A stretch of DNA of 63,488 bases, taken from Nemertoderma westbladi. Taxonomy: Eukaryota > Animalia > Xenacoelomorpha. The stretch is taken from positions 1 through 63,488 of the forward strand of contig JAUCBJ010000480.1 in assembly GCA_032718475.1 (NCBI GenBank). The letters are read 5' to 3'. This document shows positions 23,105-35,220 of the stretch, piece by piece (position 1 is the first letter of the stretch; each line of letters begins with the position of its first letter). Under the pieces are notes generated by a model that saw nothing but the letters and a program-made list of their open reading frames with translations, had not been told where the DNA came from and did no database searches. Both the position numbers and the translations under genes were made by a program.

Positions 23105-24420
23105 CTAATTTTCTCCATGGGGCTTCCAAAGCACAAGATTGTGCACAGGCTGGTCCTCATGGCGAAAGTAATGGAATAAGGCAACGATTTTGAACATTTC
23201 TTCGGCGAACATCGCGAAATTTCGCAAACATTGCGATTTTTGCGAAAATCGCGAAATTTTGCAAACGTCGCGATCTTTTGTGTTTACCAAATTCAATAAT
23301 AAGCTGATAATATATCTCAATATCAGCATCAGTCAGTATATTATTTATATAATACAGTAATATATAGTCATTATGTATAATTTTGATACATAGAATAACA
23401 CAGGCCAGCAGGCCATTAACACGGTATACTTACATAGCAGTACAGCAGTACTGCAGTAAGACGGTATGGTACGCACACGACTCCTACCGGTACCCGTTAC
23501 ATGAACTCTCCATTATACAGTACAACAGTTCATACCAAATACTATAGGGTGGAGCTTCGTAAACGTCGCGATCTTCACGATATTTTGTGTTTACCAATAC
23601 TATAGGTGGAGCTTCGCAAACGTCGCGATCTTCGCGATATTTTGTGTACGTCGCGAAGTTTTGTGTTTACGAATAGAATACTATACTGTAGGTGGATAAT
23701 CTTAGAAGAAATCTCGACGTTTGCGAAATTTCGCGATCTTCGCCTAGAAATGTTCAAAATCGTTGCCCTAATGAAGCAATTTCATGCAAAGCTGAGGCGG
23801 CCTTGTTTAAGTGAAAGCTTGGGGGAACCAATGAGACACATACAATGTTATATAGTGTAGGATTGCCGATGCGTGCATTGTACTTACTACTTATACAATA
23901 TACAATGAACCCGACGTAGCATTCTTGTGAATGTGCCATCCAGAGATTTGGTGTCCTCAGCATTTAGAGCCCAGCATGGACTCCCATAGAGGAGCACTGG
24001 AACTACTGCTGCTCTAATTAATCATAATTCATACCCTATGTGTGACTTCAAAATTCGTGATTAAAATTCAATGCTACACCTCCCCTTTACGTATAATGTA
24101 TTAATAATTAATTAATAATAATAATAATAATAATTAATAATGTTAATGTATTAACCTGACTTCCGGGTACGTGATCCCAGGTAACATAAGTCGTCCACAT
24201 GCTCAAGACATTTCCTGAGGTGCTGAACATCGTGAGCGAGAGACTGAATCGAAGGCCTTGGAGAAGTTTACAAAGAAAGATAACAGCCAGATGTCTGTCT
24301 TTCTTTTTTGATAACTCCTCAATTATCCTTCTAAGTGCCAAAATGGGCTCCATGATGGTTCCACGACCTATACGGAACCCGTACTGATTTCCATGTAGCA
24401 GTCTCTCAACCATCATTATT
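23105..24420 (-). mobile_element. Fragmented RTE-like LINE (family of 9900-11017), interrupted by a MITE
   Basis: Minus-strand ERLLHGNQYGFRIGRGTIMEPILALRRIIEELSKK and FRHEDQPVHNLVLWKPHG match the 10-kb copy. Confidence 0.8.
23177..23770. mobile_element. MITE with ~55-bp TIRs
   Basis: TAAGGCAACGATTTTGAACATTTC...GCGAAATTTCGCAAAC pairs with GTTTGCGAAATTTCGCG...GAAATGTTCAAAATCGTTGCCCTA; internal acgtcgcgatctt repeats. Confidence 0.8.
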
Positions 24421-24585
24421 GTCCTACCAGTCAGTGCAGTGCACCGGTTTCTGTACAATTCAACAATTGCCTTAATTGGCTCGTTTGCTAATATACAGAC
24501 TTAGTGTAAAAAAATAACCGAATGGTATCTCTGATGTGATTTTCCCCTGACGGCGGGTTTACTTTATAAGTACAATGCACATAAA

Positions 24586-24935
24586 ACCGCCTCCGCTTTG
24601 CAGGGCATTGTTTTCGCCGTGAGGACCTGCCTGTGGACAATCTTGTGGTTTTGCAGCCCCTTGGAGAAAATAAGCATGCTGGACAGCCCATGACTTTCGT
24701 GAGACGCCTCCTAAAGGACACTGGCCTTGAAGATACGGATATTCTCGCGAAAGTCATGGGGGATAGGGAGTTGTGGAGGTGCAACTTTGTTGATAAGCCG
24801 GCATAGCATTCTCAATACACGCTGCATTGTGCATGCCAATTGTGGATTGCATTTTGCATGGTGGTGGCAAAATAATAATTTTTGTTATGCCAGCACAGTA
24901 TCTCTATGTGCAGCTTCAATGCAGCAGGCCGATAA
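24586..24935 (+). mobile_element. 5'-truncated LINE 3' end (family of 9900-11017)
   Basis: Colinear with 10685-11017 (ccgcctccgctttgca...tcaatgcagcaggccgat). Confidence 0.85.
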
Positions 24936-25194
24936 CAATAGTAGTATTCGCCTAAAATTGTAATTGTAATAAGTTTTTGGTTATGAAATTAAACACGACG
25001 GAGAACTCAAAGAGCGCACCAGACTAAAATCACAAATATACCTAACAATAATCAATGTAAACGATTTAAAAATATCAAATAATATCAATTAAATACAAAA
25101 TTTAATATTAAAATTATGCATGAAATTGATTTAAAAAAAATAAAGAAAAAAAACTAAAAATATAAGCGGTAAAAATGTATTTTGTTTTAAATTT

Positions 25195-25430
25195 ATTTAT
25201 GATGTTGATATGCTTGGATCATGCCAATGAGAGAGTTTGACTGCCCAGACCGAATAGCAGTGTATCCGTTTATGTGTATCCAGGTTCGTCCGGGATTGTC
25301 GACAAAAATCTGTCTAGTCGCGAAATGTATATTTCCAAGGAGCATCCGGATAGTTCTCGGATGCTACTCGGAAGAGCATTATAAGCAGTTTCGTTCCAAA
25401 CACAGTAAAGATCGTTTCTACTAACGATTT
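25195..25430 (-). mobile_element. CR1-group LINE 3'-terminal fragment
   Basis: Manual minus-strand translation YNALPSSIRELSGCSLEIYISRLDRFLSTIPDEPGY resembles the CR1-like ORF2 C-terminal motif. Confidence 0.65.
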
Positions 25431-26450
25431 TACTTTAGGGCTGCGTTTATGATAGAGAATGATCTCCACTTGGTGAAAACTCATATATGAGAGTAAGTTG
25501 TACTTGGTGGGAACTTTTCCTTCAATCTATTCTGACTTTGTGAAAACTCATATAAGTTACAGTAAAACCATTCTGACTTGGTTTCAACTCACATGAGTTT
25601 CGTCTATACTTTTGGTTATCAGCTGCCAGGAAGGTAGCATTGACTTTTCTGTCAACGTCACCAGGCCCATTGTAGTTGAATGGCTCCAGATGATCAGTAT
25701 AGGCTAAACAACACGGTATTAAAGCGTGGGAAAATTGTCTAATTTCAACTAATGGCCGTTTCGTTGTTTAAGTCACAGAAACAAACTGTATGCACCAATT
25801 GGAAGGTAATTTTATCCTCTTTCAGATGATATATAACGGTCTCTGAAGTTGAAAATTACGCAGTATATCGCTAATTTACTAATTCGCAGCTATTTTAAAA
25901 TAATTAGTCTTATGAATAATTTTCAAGCCATTCTTTTCACCAAGGAAGAATAGCAGAAAAATATAATCTCTACCAAGTCCAGACGTTGGCTCGTAAACTC
26001 ATGAGTTTTCACCAAGTTAACTAATTCTTATTAAAAAAGCCCCACCAAGAGGGAATATACTTGCGATAACTCAAATATGAGTTCTCACCAAGTCAGATAA
26101 GTTTACTACCATTAGAATTATAAAAATTCCCTCCAAGTGGAATTGGCCGTCCCAAAACTCATAAGTTTACACTAGTTTAAGGGTTAATACTTTATTACTT
26201 AACTTAATACTTTACCCCGCTGTGGGTGTAGAGACAGCGAGAAAAAAATCATTGGAAAAATGGGCGAGTTATTAATTTTATAATGTCAATTTTATATCAT
26301 TTTATATTGTACCTTTACAAATATCCCTTCAGCGTATAATAAAATGTAGAGTAAGCTATCACACCATTGTAATAAATAGTACTCTTGTATTGGTAGAGAT
26401 TTAATAATATAGTAATAATTGTTTATTTATCTATGTCTTCGTTACCATAG

Positions 26451-26652
26451 CGACGTGAATTCCCTTTACCTGAGTTCTACGGCGCCGCCCGCGGCTGCCG
26501 AATGGGCCACGTTGCTACGACCTGTGCGTGGGCGGGAACCCGAGGGGATGTGGAACCTTCTCTCTATAGTTCGCGAGATGTTTAAACGGCGAGACAGAAA
26601 CTCTGTGACCCTTCTCGAGGTTCTCACCGAGGAGTGTATCGCATCCGACCAG
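26451..26652 (+). CDS. ZSWIM8: ZSWIM8 coding exon (last one found in the window)
   Basis: accatag|C acceptor and CAG|gtacgt donor. Translates (S)DVNSLYLSSTAPPAAAEWATLLRPVRGREPEGMWNLLSIVREMFKRRD...EECIASDQ. Confidence 0.95.
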
Positions 26653-26693
26653 GTACGTGTCTCTAAGTTGTAACCCCATTGTAACGCCTTTGG

Positions 26694-27587
26694 TACACTA
26701 TGTCCCGGAATATAGTGTCGATATAAATCCCCCCACCAAGAAGAAAATCTTAATGAGATTGCATGAAATTTCAACCAGAGTTAGTTTCACCACCCTCCTC
26801 CTTACTGGGTGAGCCAGAATTTTTATTTTCGCTTTAATTCTTTAGCTACAAGCGTTTGAAAAAAGTGTTTCCGACGATATTGCACCAGTCGTACTGCTGT
26901 TATTCTTGAATCTTAAGCGATTTGTTGGTACCAATGGAAAGCTGGGCATGCAAGCAAGGATGTAAAAACATTTGATTCTTGGGCTAGAGTTTCGTATAAA
27001 ACTGCAATTTTAAAACATATGTCATTGTTACTATGGCAACATTGAAGAGTTTTAGAACAATAGAAAAGTATTATATACTATTCTGGAACATAAATAAGAT
27101 AAGAAATAATAATGTTCTAAAACATATAGCTAGTTTTTTTAATTTAGAAATAGCTCTTAAATTTAACAAATAATACAATTTTTTACCGGTAGATACATTT
27201 TTTAATAATAATATAAATAAATAAATTTTTTTTTATTACTAGCTATTTTAAATTTAAAAAATTACTAGCTATATGTTCTAGAACAATAATTTTTTTATTT
27301 TATTTTTGTTCTAGAATAGTGTATATTACATATTTTTTGTTCTAGAACTCTACACTGTTGCCATGGTAACAATGATTTATGTTTTAAAAATGCAGTTCTA
27401 TATGGAACTGTTACCGATTTTTGGTTGGGAAATAGCTGAGTTTATGGGCATTCGAAAGTAGCATGTTGTATTTGCTTCCCCTGTAGGCCATTTATTCTAT
27501 TTAATAAATACACCCCAGTTCTAGAACATTTTCCTTATCATGTACCAATCCCATCTCCATGATTATCCAGGTTTATCATTAATTATC
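26694..27587. mobile_element. Diverged left arm of the 30774-31701 MITE family, with a nested ~420-bp palindromic MITE (~26989-27408)
   Basis: Shares ...aatcttaatgagattgcatgaaattt...ctgggtgagccagaatttttatttt with 30774+. The nested element has arms aactgca.ttttaaaacat...atggcaaca and tgttgccat...atgttttaaaaatgcagtt. Confidence 0.7.
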
Positions 27588-27624
27588 GCTTTTTGTTTAC
27601 ATATTGCTGGGGCAACAAACCAGT

Positions 27625-30600
27625 ATTTTTTTTTTTTTTTTTATAGCTACACCCCGTGTCGGGGTAAAAGTTTTATTTAATAATTAATTGATAAAATATA
27701 AATAAGAATTAATATAACTCAATAAAAGTAATTTATAATAGCGTATCCCAGTAATATATGTCACATCTTGGCCAGTTCGGATAGTGAAGGGCAGAGTTGA
27801 CATGCTAAAGCGTGGTATCGGTCAGCGCAGGGCAGACTGCAATACCGGCAGATGCAGGAATCGGCAGGTTCGTGGAAACCTATCCCCGTCCCACACAGTC
27901 GGTGATGGAAGCCGTGGACTGTCGCCCTCGTGACTACATGTCGGTTTCGCTGTCCAGCTGTACGCCACGTGGAAGACTGAAAAGCTGGGCCCCTGGTGTA
28001 ACCTTCGTCGATAAAGTTCTGTTGGCGCTCGTCACGAAATTGTCTGTACTGTTGAAATACATCTGGGTTAAAAGCGTTGGGATATTTCCGGATAATGTCG
28101 TCGGTACACGTAGATTCCCCCACTAAGTTTAATGCTAAAGTCGCTGATGATGACGTATGTATCCTGAGCAGCCGTTTGATAAAAGCGGCTTTACATTTGT
28201 CGATTTCTTTTAAATTTCGCAAGTTCAGAAAGGGACCAAATTCTTGTATACAGTATGTCATAATGGGAAGTATTTTACCGTGAAATATAATCATGCCAGA
28301 CCGGACTGACATTAAGTGTAATTTAGTTAGACTCCCAATAATCTTGAAAATATTCAGTTTCTTCTCCGCAATATGTTGAGAAAAGGATAGTGAGGTCTGC
28401 AAAGTCAAGCCCAGATACTCGTAATCATTCACTATTTCTATCAATGAGTCACCAAAATAAAATTTGTCTGTGTTGGCTATGCGACCAGCTTTTCGAAATT
28501 TGACCATCTTAGATTTCTTCATGTTAACAATCATTCCATTTTTAATACACCAATTATATAATACATCCAGTGCTCTTCTAATCAATTCAGGATTCTCAGA
28601 GTAAATGACAAGGTCATCTGCGTAAAAAATAAACAATAGGTCGTTGCCAATTTCTCTGAGACTATCTGCTAGGTCTACTAAGAATAAAATAAAACATGTT
28701 TGGCGAGAAGCAGTCACCTTGGAGTATACCTCGCAGCTGCTGAATAAATCTAGAGAAACGTAGACCATCAAAGACGATAATATAATTCTGGAGCAGGTTC
28801 TTAATTAAATTGAAGAGTTTACCTTTTATTCCGAAGTTATATAACTTTACCAGTAATAGAGAGCGGTTGACCATGTCAAAGGCCTTTGTGAAGTCTACAA
28901 AAAGTACGTACATTTTGTTACCCGATCGACCCGAGATTGCAGAGAGTAGTTTAGAAACCGCCTGACGAGTTGACCTTCCTTTAGAGAAACCAAACTGTTC
29001 CGGAGGTATTTTTTCTTTTAGAAACTCGCAGACCCTCGAGTTTATGATTGATGTTAAGACTTTTAGCATAGTACATATGAGAGCAATGCCGCGGTAGTTG
29101 GATGGATCCGTTAACCCACCTCTGCCCTTGTAAAGCAACTTAATTATGCTGTTTTTCCAAGCCGAGGGTAATTTCCCAGCAGATAAACATAGATTAAATA
29201 ATGTGCATAGAGTTACAATTAATAAAATTCCCAGGTGCTTTAAGTGTTCGTAGTAGATCCCGTCTGGGCCACTGGCTTTTTTGTTAGGTGTTTCCTCGAT
29301 AACGCTTCGAACTTCTGCATCCTTAAAATCTCTGTTGTACCATGCGTCTTTTGATAGTTCATTGTCATCCGGTTTTGGAGTATCTAGGGTTTGTGGGCCA
29401 AGCCCTGGAGACCCTAGCAACTCACTGAAATGTTTTTCGATGACATTGGCATCAATGGGCGCAACTCTATGACTGCTTGACTTATGCAGTAACCATGGGT
29501 TCATATTTGAATCTTTAACTTTTTCACTCAGTTCAGTCTGTTCATAGCCCGCACGCTTAGATTTCACTAGATTATTATATCGTCGGCGTAAACCCCAATA
29601 GACCAGTTGATTGTCATGTCTACGTCTGAATACATCCATTAACTCTCCCTTTAGTTGCCTGCATTCACTGTCGAACCAAGGTTTGTGGTGGGAAAAGCGC
29701 TTTGTGGAAGACGTTGAATCGGTGATTGCCCTTGAGAGAGACATACAAGCGGCGTCTATGTCACCCTCTTCCAGATACTCCATGGTATTAGCAGTTTGTG
29801 CGTGTCCAACAAACTTTCCGTATGAAATGCGCCGAGAGTAATTCCGTTTAAAATCATTTGTAGTAGGGGTTGCTGATACTGAGTACTTGCATGTTATAGT
29901 AACAGGCCAGTGTTTGCGCATTGATGTTGGCATGACTAGTGCCGGGTTTGTATAATTGGCTTGACTTTGGTTATTCATAATCGGCCTGACGAACAGCAAA
30001 TCTATTACACTGTCTCCCTGGGGTGAGTGATAAGTAATTTCGTTTTTGTCGGAGACGCATATCAGTCCAAAAGATTCCAGGCATCTAACTAGTCTGTCTC
30101 CACGGTTTCCCTTGTCTAGGCGGCAGTTAAAGTCACCGCCTATGAGAATAGATTTATCCGGGTCAAGCTTCGAGATTTCATTTGTGATCTGAAGGCATAT
30201 TTCCTCCACTGGTTGGTTAGGCTGGAAATAAAACACCATATACTGTGACGTAGTTGTATTTATTGCAACATGATTACTTGATTGGTTAATTAGGTTAGGA
30301 TTTAGCCAAGGTTTCACCAGTATGGCAAGGCCTCCGGAAGGACGCGCACTATTGGGTTTGACAGCTGGTTGCATATAAGCGTAGTAACCGGGAATCCTGT
30401 TAGACAAATCTGTTGATGTATATAACGTTTCGGTGCACAGCATCACATCAGCGTTGTTAGTAACTAATTCTGATGAGAAATGATCAGTTAAATATTGTAA
30501 ACCTTCCACGTTCCACAGTCTCACACTAATGGTTGCCATAATTGGTTGATTATTGCATCCTCCAGTAGGGGGGGCTGCCACGCTGTGGGGGGCTGTAGGA

Positions 30601-30722
30601 TCGCCTGGCGAGGTGGCAGACGCGCCATTGGGCGCGAGTTGGGCGCTGAATCCGGGGGGGACCACGGCGGTGGACGTGGGCACACGTTGGGGGTTGAGTC
30701 CGGGGGGGACCACGGCGGTGGG
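27625..30722 (-). mobile_element. 5'-truncated APE-RT non-LTR retrotransposon with poly(A) tail and 37-bp TSD
   Basis: Poly(T) on + at 27626-27642. Direct repeat GCTTTTTGTTTACATATTGCTGGGGCAACAAACCAGT at 27588-27624 and 30723-30759. Confidence 0.93.
27761..30539 (-). pseudogene. LINE ORF2 (AP endonuclease, RT, C-terminal Cys/His motif), frameshifted near 28700
   Basis: APE motifs LWNVEG, LCTET, GGDFNCR, SVIDLLF, HWP. RT motifs KASGPDGI, NYRGIAL, FVDFTKAFD, GILQGDCFSP, then a frame change to FYADDL. C-terminus CRYCSLPC...HALAC. Confidence 0.9.
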
Positions 30723-30773
30723 GCTTTTTGTTTACATATTGCTGGGGCAACAAACCAGTGTTATATCCGTATT

Positions 30774-31701
30774 CACCATGTCCCAGAATAGTGTCGTAAT
30801 TCAGTGACACGCCCCCCCCCCCCCCCCCCCCCTAATTTTTCTACAAATCTTAATGAGATTGCATGAAATTTGAAACAGAGATAGTTTCACCTCCCGACCA
30901 CTGACTGGGTGAGCCAGAATTTTTATTTTTGCTTCCAATCTTTAGCTACATGCATTTAAAAAAATGTCTCCAGCGATATTACACCAGTTACACCGCAGTT
31001 ATTCTTCTACCTTATAGCTGTTTGTTGGTACCAATGGAAAGCTGGCCATGCAAGGATTCCAAATATGTAACACAATTTGAATTTCGTTGAAAAATAGCTG
31101 AGATATGGGCGTTCAAATGTTGCATGGTTTTGCACCTGCGCGAGGCTATTTTATTATATTTAATAAATACATCATAATCTGGAATATTTTGTTTATCCAA
31201 ATACGTAGCTGGGCAACAATGCATTACATCTTTAATCATACTATTACGTAGTTACATTTAAAAGATTTATAGATACATTTAAAAAATGTTCCAGAATATG
31301 GTTTATTTATTAAATAGAATAAAATAGCCCCGCGCCGGTGCATAACCATGCAACATTTGAACGCTCATATCTCAGCTAATTTTCAACGAAATTCAAATTG
31401 TGTTACATATTTGGAATCTTTGCATGACCAGCTTTTCATTGGTACATAAGGTGGCTTTTCATAAGGAGGTAGAAGAATAACTGCGGTGTAACTGGTGTAA
31501 TATCGCTGGAGACACTTTTTTTAAACGCTTGTAGCTAAAGATTGAAAGCAAAAATAAAAATTCTGGCTCACCCAGTCAGTGGTCGGGAGGTGAAACTATC
31601 TCTGTTTCAAATTTCATGCAATCTCATTAAGATATGTATAAAAATTAGGGGGGGGGGGGGGGGTGTCACTGAATTACGACACTATATTCTGGAACATGGT
31701 G
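30774..31701. mobile_element. Palindromic MITE, ~930 bp with ~420-bp arms
   Basis: CACCATGTCCCAGAATAGTGTCGTAATTCAGTGACAC(C)n pairs with (G)nGTGTCACTGAATTACGACACTATATTCTGGAACATGGTG. Confidence 0.9.
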
Positions 31702-32348
31702 TAATATTTATAATTATTAATTTAATTAAACAATTAAAATATACGCAAATAACAGATGACTACTTTCTATATATCTATATATATTCTATATATATATATA
31801 TATTCCACATATTTTATATATTCTATATATATATATATATTCCACATATTTTATATATTCTATATATATATATTCCCTATATTCTAGGGCATGCATGATG
31901 TACTCCTGATTTTTCGAGGTTATTTACTTCAAACATGAATTTATTCAAGATTGTGATATATTATGAGATTATACTAGCTAGTAATTATTGATTGTACTAA
32001 AAAAACTATATATTTAAAACGCTGCTACGCAAGGTGGAACTGCGATGGAAGTAGCTAAATTTAACCTCCATTTTTGTACTGTACTGTGTACTAAATTACT
32101 AGCTACCATCTTACTGACAGAAGGTCAAATATTTGTTATAGAAAAAAAACCTCATGATAAAAGCCTTTTTCATACGAAAACAATTGGTCAAACTATCATG
32201 GGTACCCAAGGTGTACCGGTGAGGTTACATCGCGTTTCGGCAACAGTCGCGATTCGCAAAAAAGTTGCGATTCGGCAAAAAGTTTTGTTTTTTAATAATT
32301 AAAATTGGAGTGGTCTTCATGACAAATATTATGCGGTATTAATAAGTA

Positions 32349-33140
32349 TCTTCGAGACGCGTATCAAAAATCTTCATTTTTGAAGAAAATGCTTGGCTTG
32401 CCACTAAATGCCTCATCAACCCTAGCTCACAACCTTGTCGGCGAGAAAACCCTCACTGAGACTACTCTACTTAAATTCCCGAACTCGTTCAACTCCGATT
32501 CCATTTCACAATACAAAGCCTTCAGAACCGAACGCCAGAACGCTTTCATTGCTGAAGGTTTTCTTAATGGCCCTGCGTTTTCCAACACCGCATGGAGAAG
32601 AACCGGACAGAAAAACCGTCACGTCATCACAAGAACCACCTCACATGGTTTTCATCACAAGCTTTGCACCAACACTCGCCTTTTCCATGACCGCTCCGTC
32701 TCTTGTGTTTGCAAATTCTCTAACCTAAGTTGCGAAGACAAGTACCACGTGCTATCATGCTCCTCATCCCCATCTCTCTCCGCACTAGCAAACGAATAAT
32801 TTAACTTTGTAAACCTTTATATTTTTTTTTCATTATCTAACCCACTCTCAATTTTACTGAAAATTTTTATATAATAAAATATATATTTTATATTATTTTA
32901 TATTATTTTATATTATGTTGGTTGAGAATAAACTGTTTTTATCATTTGTGCTTTTAATGATATGTTATATATTAAATTAATTGAGACTCTTAGATTACTG
33001 TACCATAAATACTGATAGATACTCGTATAATTTGTGCACTGTATGTAAATTTATTCCATATATTCACTGTTGATTCTACCCTGACAAATTGAGCTAATAT
33101 ATTTGCCCCGCACGGGGGCGTATCTTTCTTTAAAAAAAAA
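32349..33140 (+). mobile_element. 5'-truncated LINE related to 27625-30722
   Basis: ORF 32380-32799 (GPAFSNTAWRRTGQKNRHVITRTTSHGFHHKLC) parallels the 27761 ORF C-terminus. Ends in a GCCCCGCACGGGGC hairpin and A-tail; possible AATAAGTA TSD. Confidence 0.85.
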
Positions 33141-33239
33141 ATAAGTAAACTAATATAATTTTATTCTTAAATTGTTACTTTTTCGCTCGAATATACCCCA
33201 ACATCGGGAGAAAAGGTTACGGCTAATCTCCCAAAAAAT

Positions 33240-34567
33240 TAGCCGTAACGCGACAGTAACCGTAACGCGACAGTAACCGTAACGCGACAGTAGCCGTAAC
33301 GCGACAGTGGCCGTAACGCGACAGTAGCCGTAACGCGACAGTAGCCGTAACGCGATAGTAGCCGTAACGCGACAGTAGCCGTAACGCGACAGTAGCCGTA
33401 ACGCGACAGTAGCCGTAACGCGACAGTAGCCGCAACGCGACAGTAGCCGCAACGCGACAGTAGCCGTAACGCGATAGTAGCCGTAACGCGACAGTAGCCG
33501 TAACGCGACAGTAGCCGTAACGCGACAGTAGCCGCAACGCGACAGTAGCCGCAACGCGACAGTAGCCGTAACGCGACAGTAGCCGTAACGCGACAGTAGC
33601 CGTAACGCGAACAGTAGCCGTAACGCGACAGTAGCCGTAACGCGACAGTAGCCGCAACGCGACAGTAGCCGTAACGCGACAGTAGCCGTAACGCGACAGT
33701 AGCCGTAACGGGACAGTGAGCCGTAACGCGACAGTAGCAGTAACGCGACAGTACCGTAACGCGACAGTAGCCGTAACGCGACAGTAGCCGTAACGCGACA
33801 GTAGCCGTAACGCGAACAGTAGCCGTAACGCGACAGTAGCCGTAACGTCAGACAGTAGACGTAACGCGACAGTAGCAGTAAAGCGACAGTGACCGAAACG
33901 CGACAGTAATCCTAACGTCAGTACATACCGTAACGCGACAGTAGCCGTAACGCGACAGTGAGCCGTAACGCGACAGTAGCCGTAACGTGACAGTAACCGT
34001 AACGCGACAGTAGCAGTAAAGGGACAGTGAGCCGAAACGCGACAGTAGCCGTAACGCGTACAGTACCGTAACGCGACAGTAGCCGTAACGCTACAGTAGC
34101 TACGTAACGCGACAGTAGCAGTAAAGGGACAGTGACCGAAACGCGACAGTAATCCTAACGTCAGTAAACATAACGTAACGCGACAGTAGCCGTAACGCGA
34201 CAGTAGACCGTAACGCGACAGTAGCAGTAAAGGGACAGTGACCGAAACGCGACAGTATCCGTAACGCGGACAGTACCGTAACGCGACAGTAGCCGTAACG
34301 CGACAGTACCGTAACGCGACAGTAGCCGTAACGTCGACAGTAGACGTAACGCGACAGTAGCCGTAACGGGACAGTTGACCGTAACGCGACAGTAATCCTA
34401 ACGTCAGTAAACATAACGTAACGCGACAGTAGCAGTAAAGGGACAGTGCCGAAACGCGACAGTAGCAGTAAAGGGACAGTGACCGAAACGCGACAGTAAT
34501 CCTAACGTCAGTAAACATAGCGTAACGCGACAGTAGCCGTAACGCGACAGTGAGCCGTAACGCGACG
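33240..34567 (+). repeat. 17-bp CpG-rich tandem repeat AGCCGTAACGCGACAGT (~75 copies)
   Basis: Direct 17-nt periodicity, degenerating toward the 3' end. Confidence 0.95.
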
Positions 34568-35220
34568 ACACCCTTTTTTCGCACGAAAATACAATAAGTG
34601 CGTGAAAAAAAAACGAACATGCTGGTTCCAAAAAATGTGGTATCGGAAAATAAAAATGGAATATAACAGAGTAGTCTTTTTAGTTAAATTTTCAAAATCT
34701 TTATTACGTGCTGCGCGAAGGCCCCACTTCTTGTATAAATAGTTTGTGTTCGTTGTTTATATAGAGAAAAGAAACATAAAGTATACCGATATCACCGTTA
34801 ACAAAAACGTTTCACTGATTATAGACTTAGTTTCGTTTTGTTTCACCTGCCCTGTCATTGCCTCGTTTCCATTACCGTATTCACATTGGTGGTTCCATCT
34901 GTAACGGCATCCACTACAGTGTCGTCGACTTCCACCATCACCACACATCGACTATATTCATCTCGCGATGATTCCTCATTTACCGACACGATATAATTTG
35001 CGAAGGAAGATGAGCGATAGTCGCTCTCTATGCTGTGTCTGTTGCGTCGAACTCTTGGTATTTCTCTGTCTAAAGAATTTTCGGGATTTGGTAGGCCTTT
35101 TAAATCCACTATATTATTTTAAGTTTACTGCACAATCCTTTATTTTATGTCAGAAAAATATTAATATATTATATATCAATTATTTTTATTATAATTTATT
35201 ATGGTCATAAATAATTTAAT

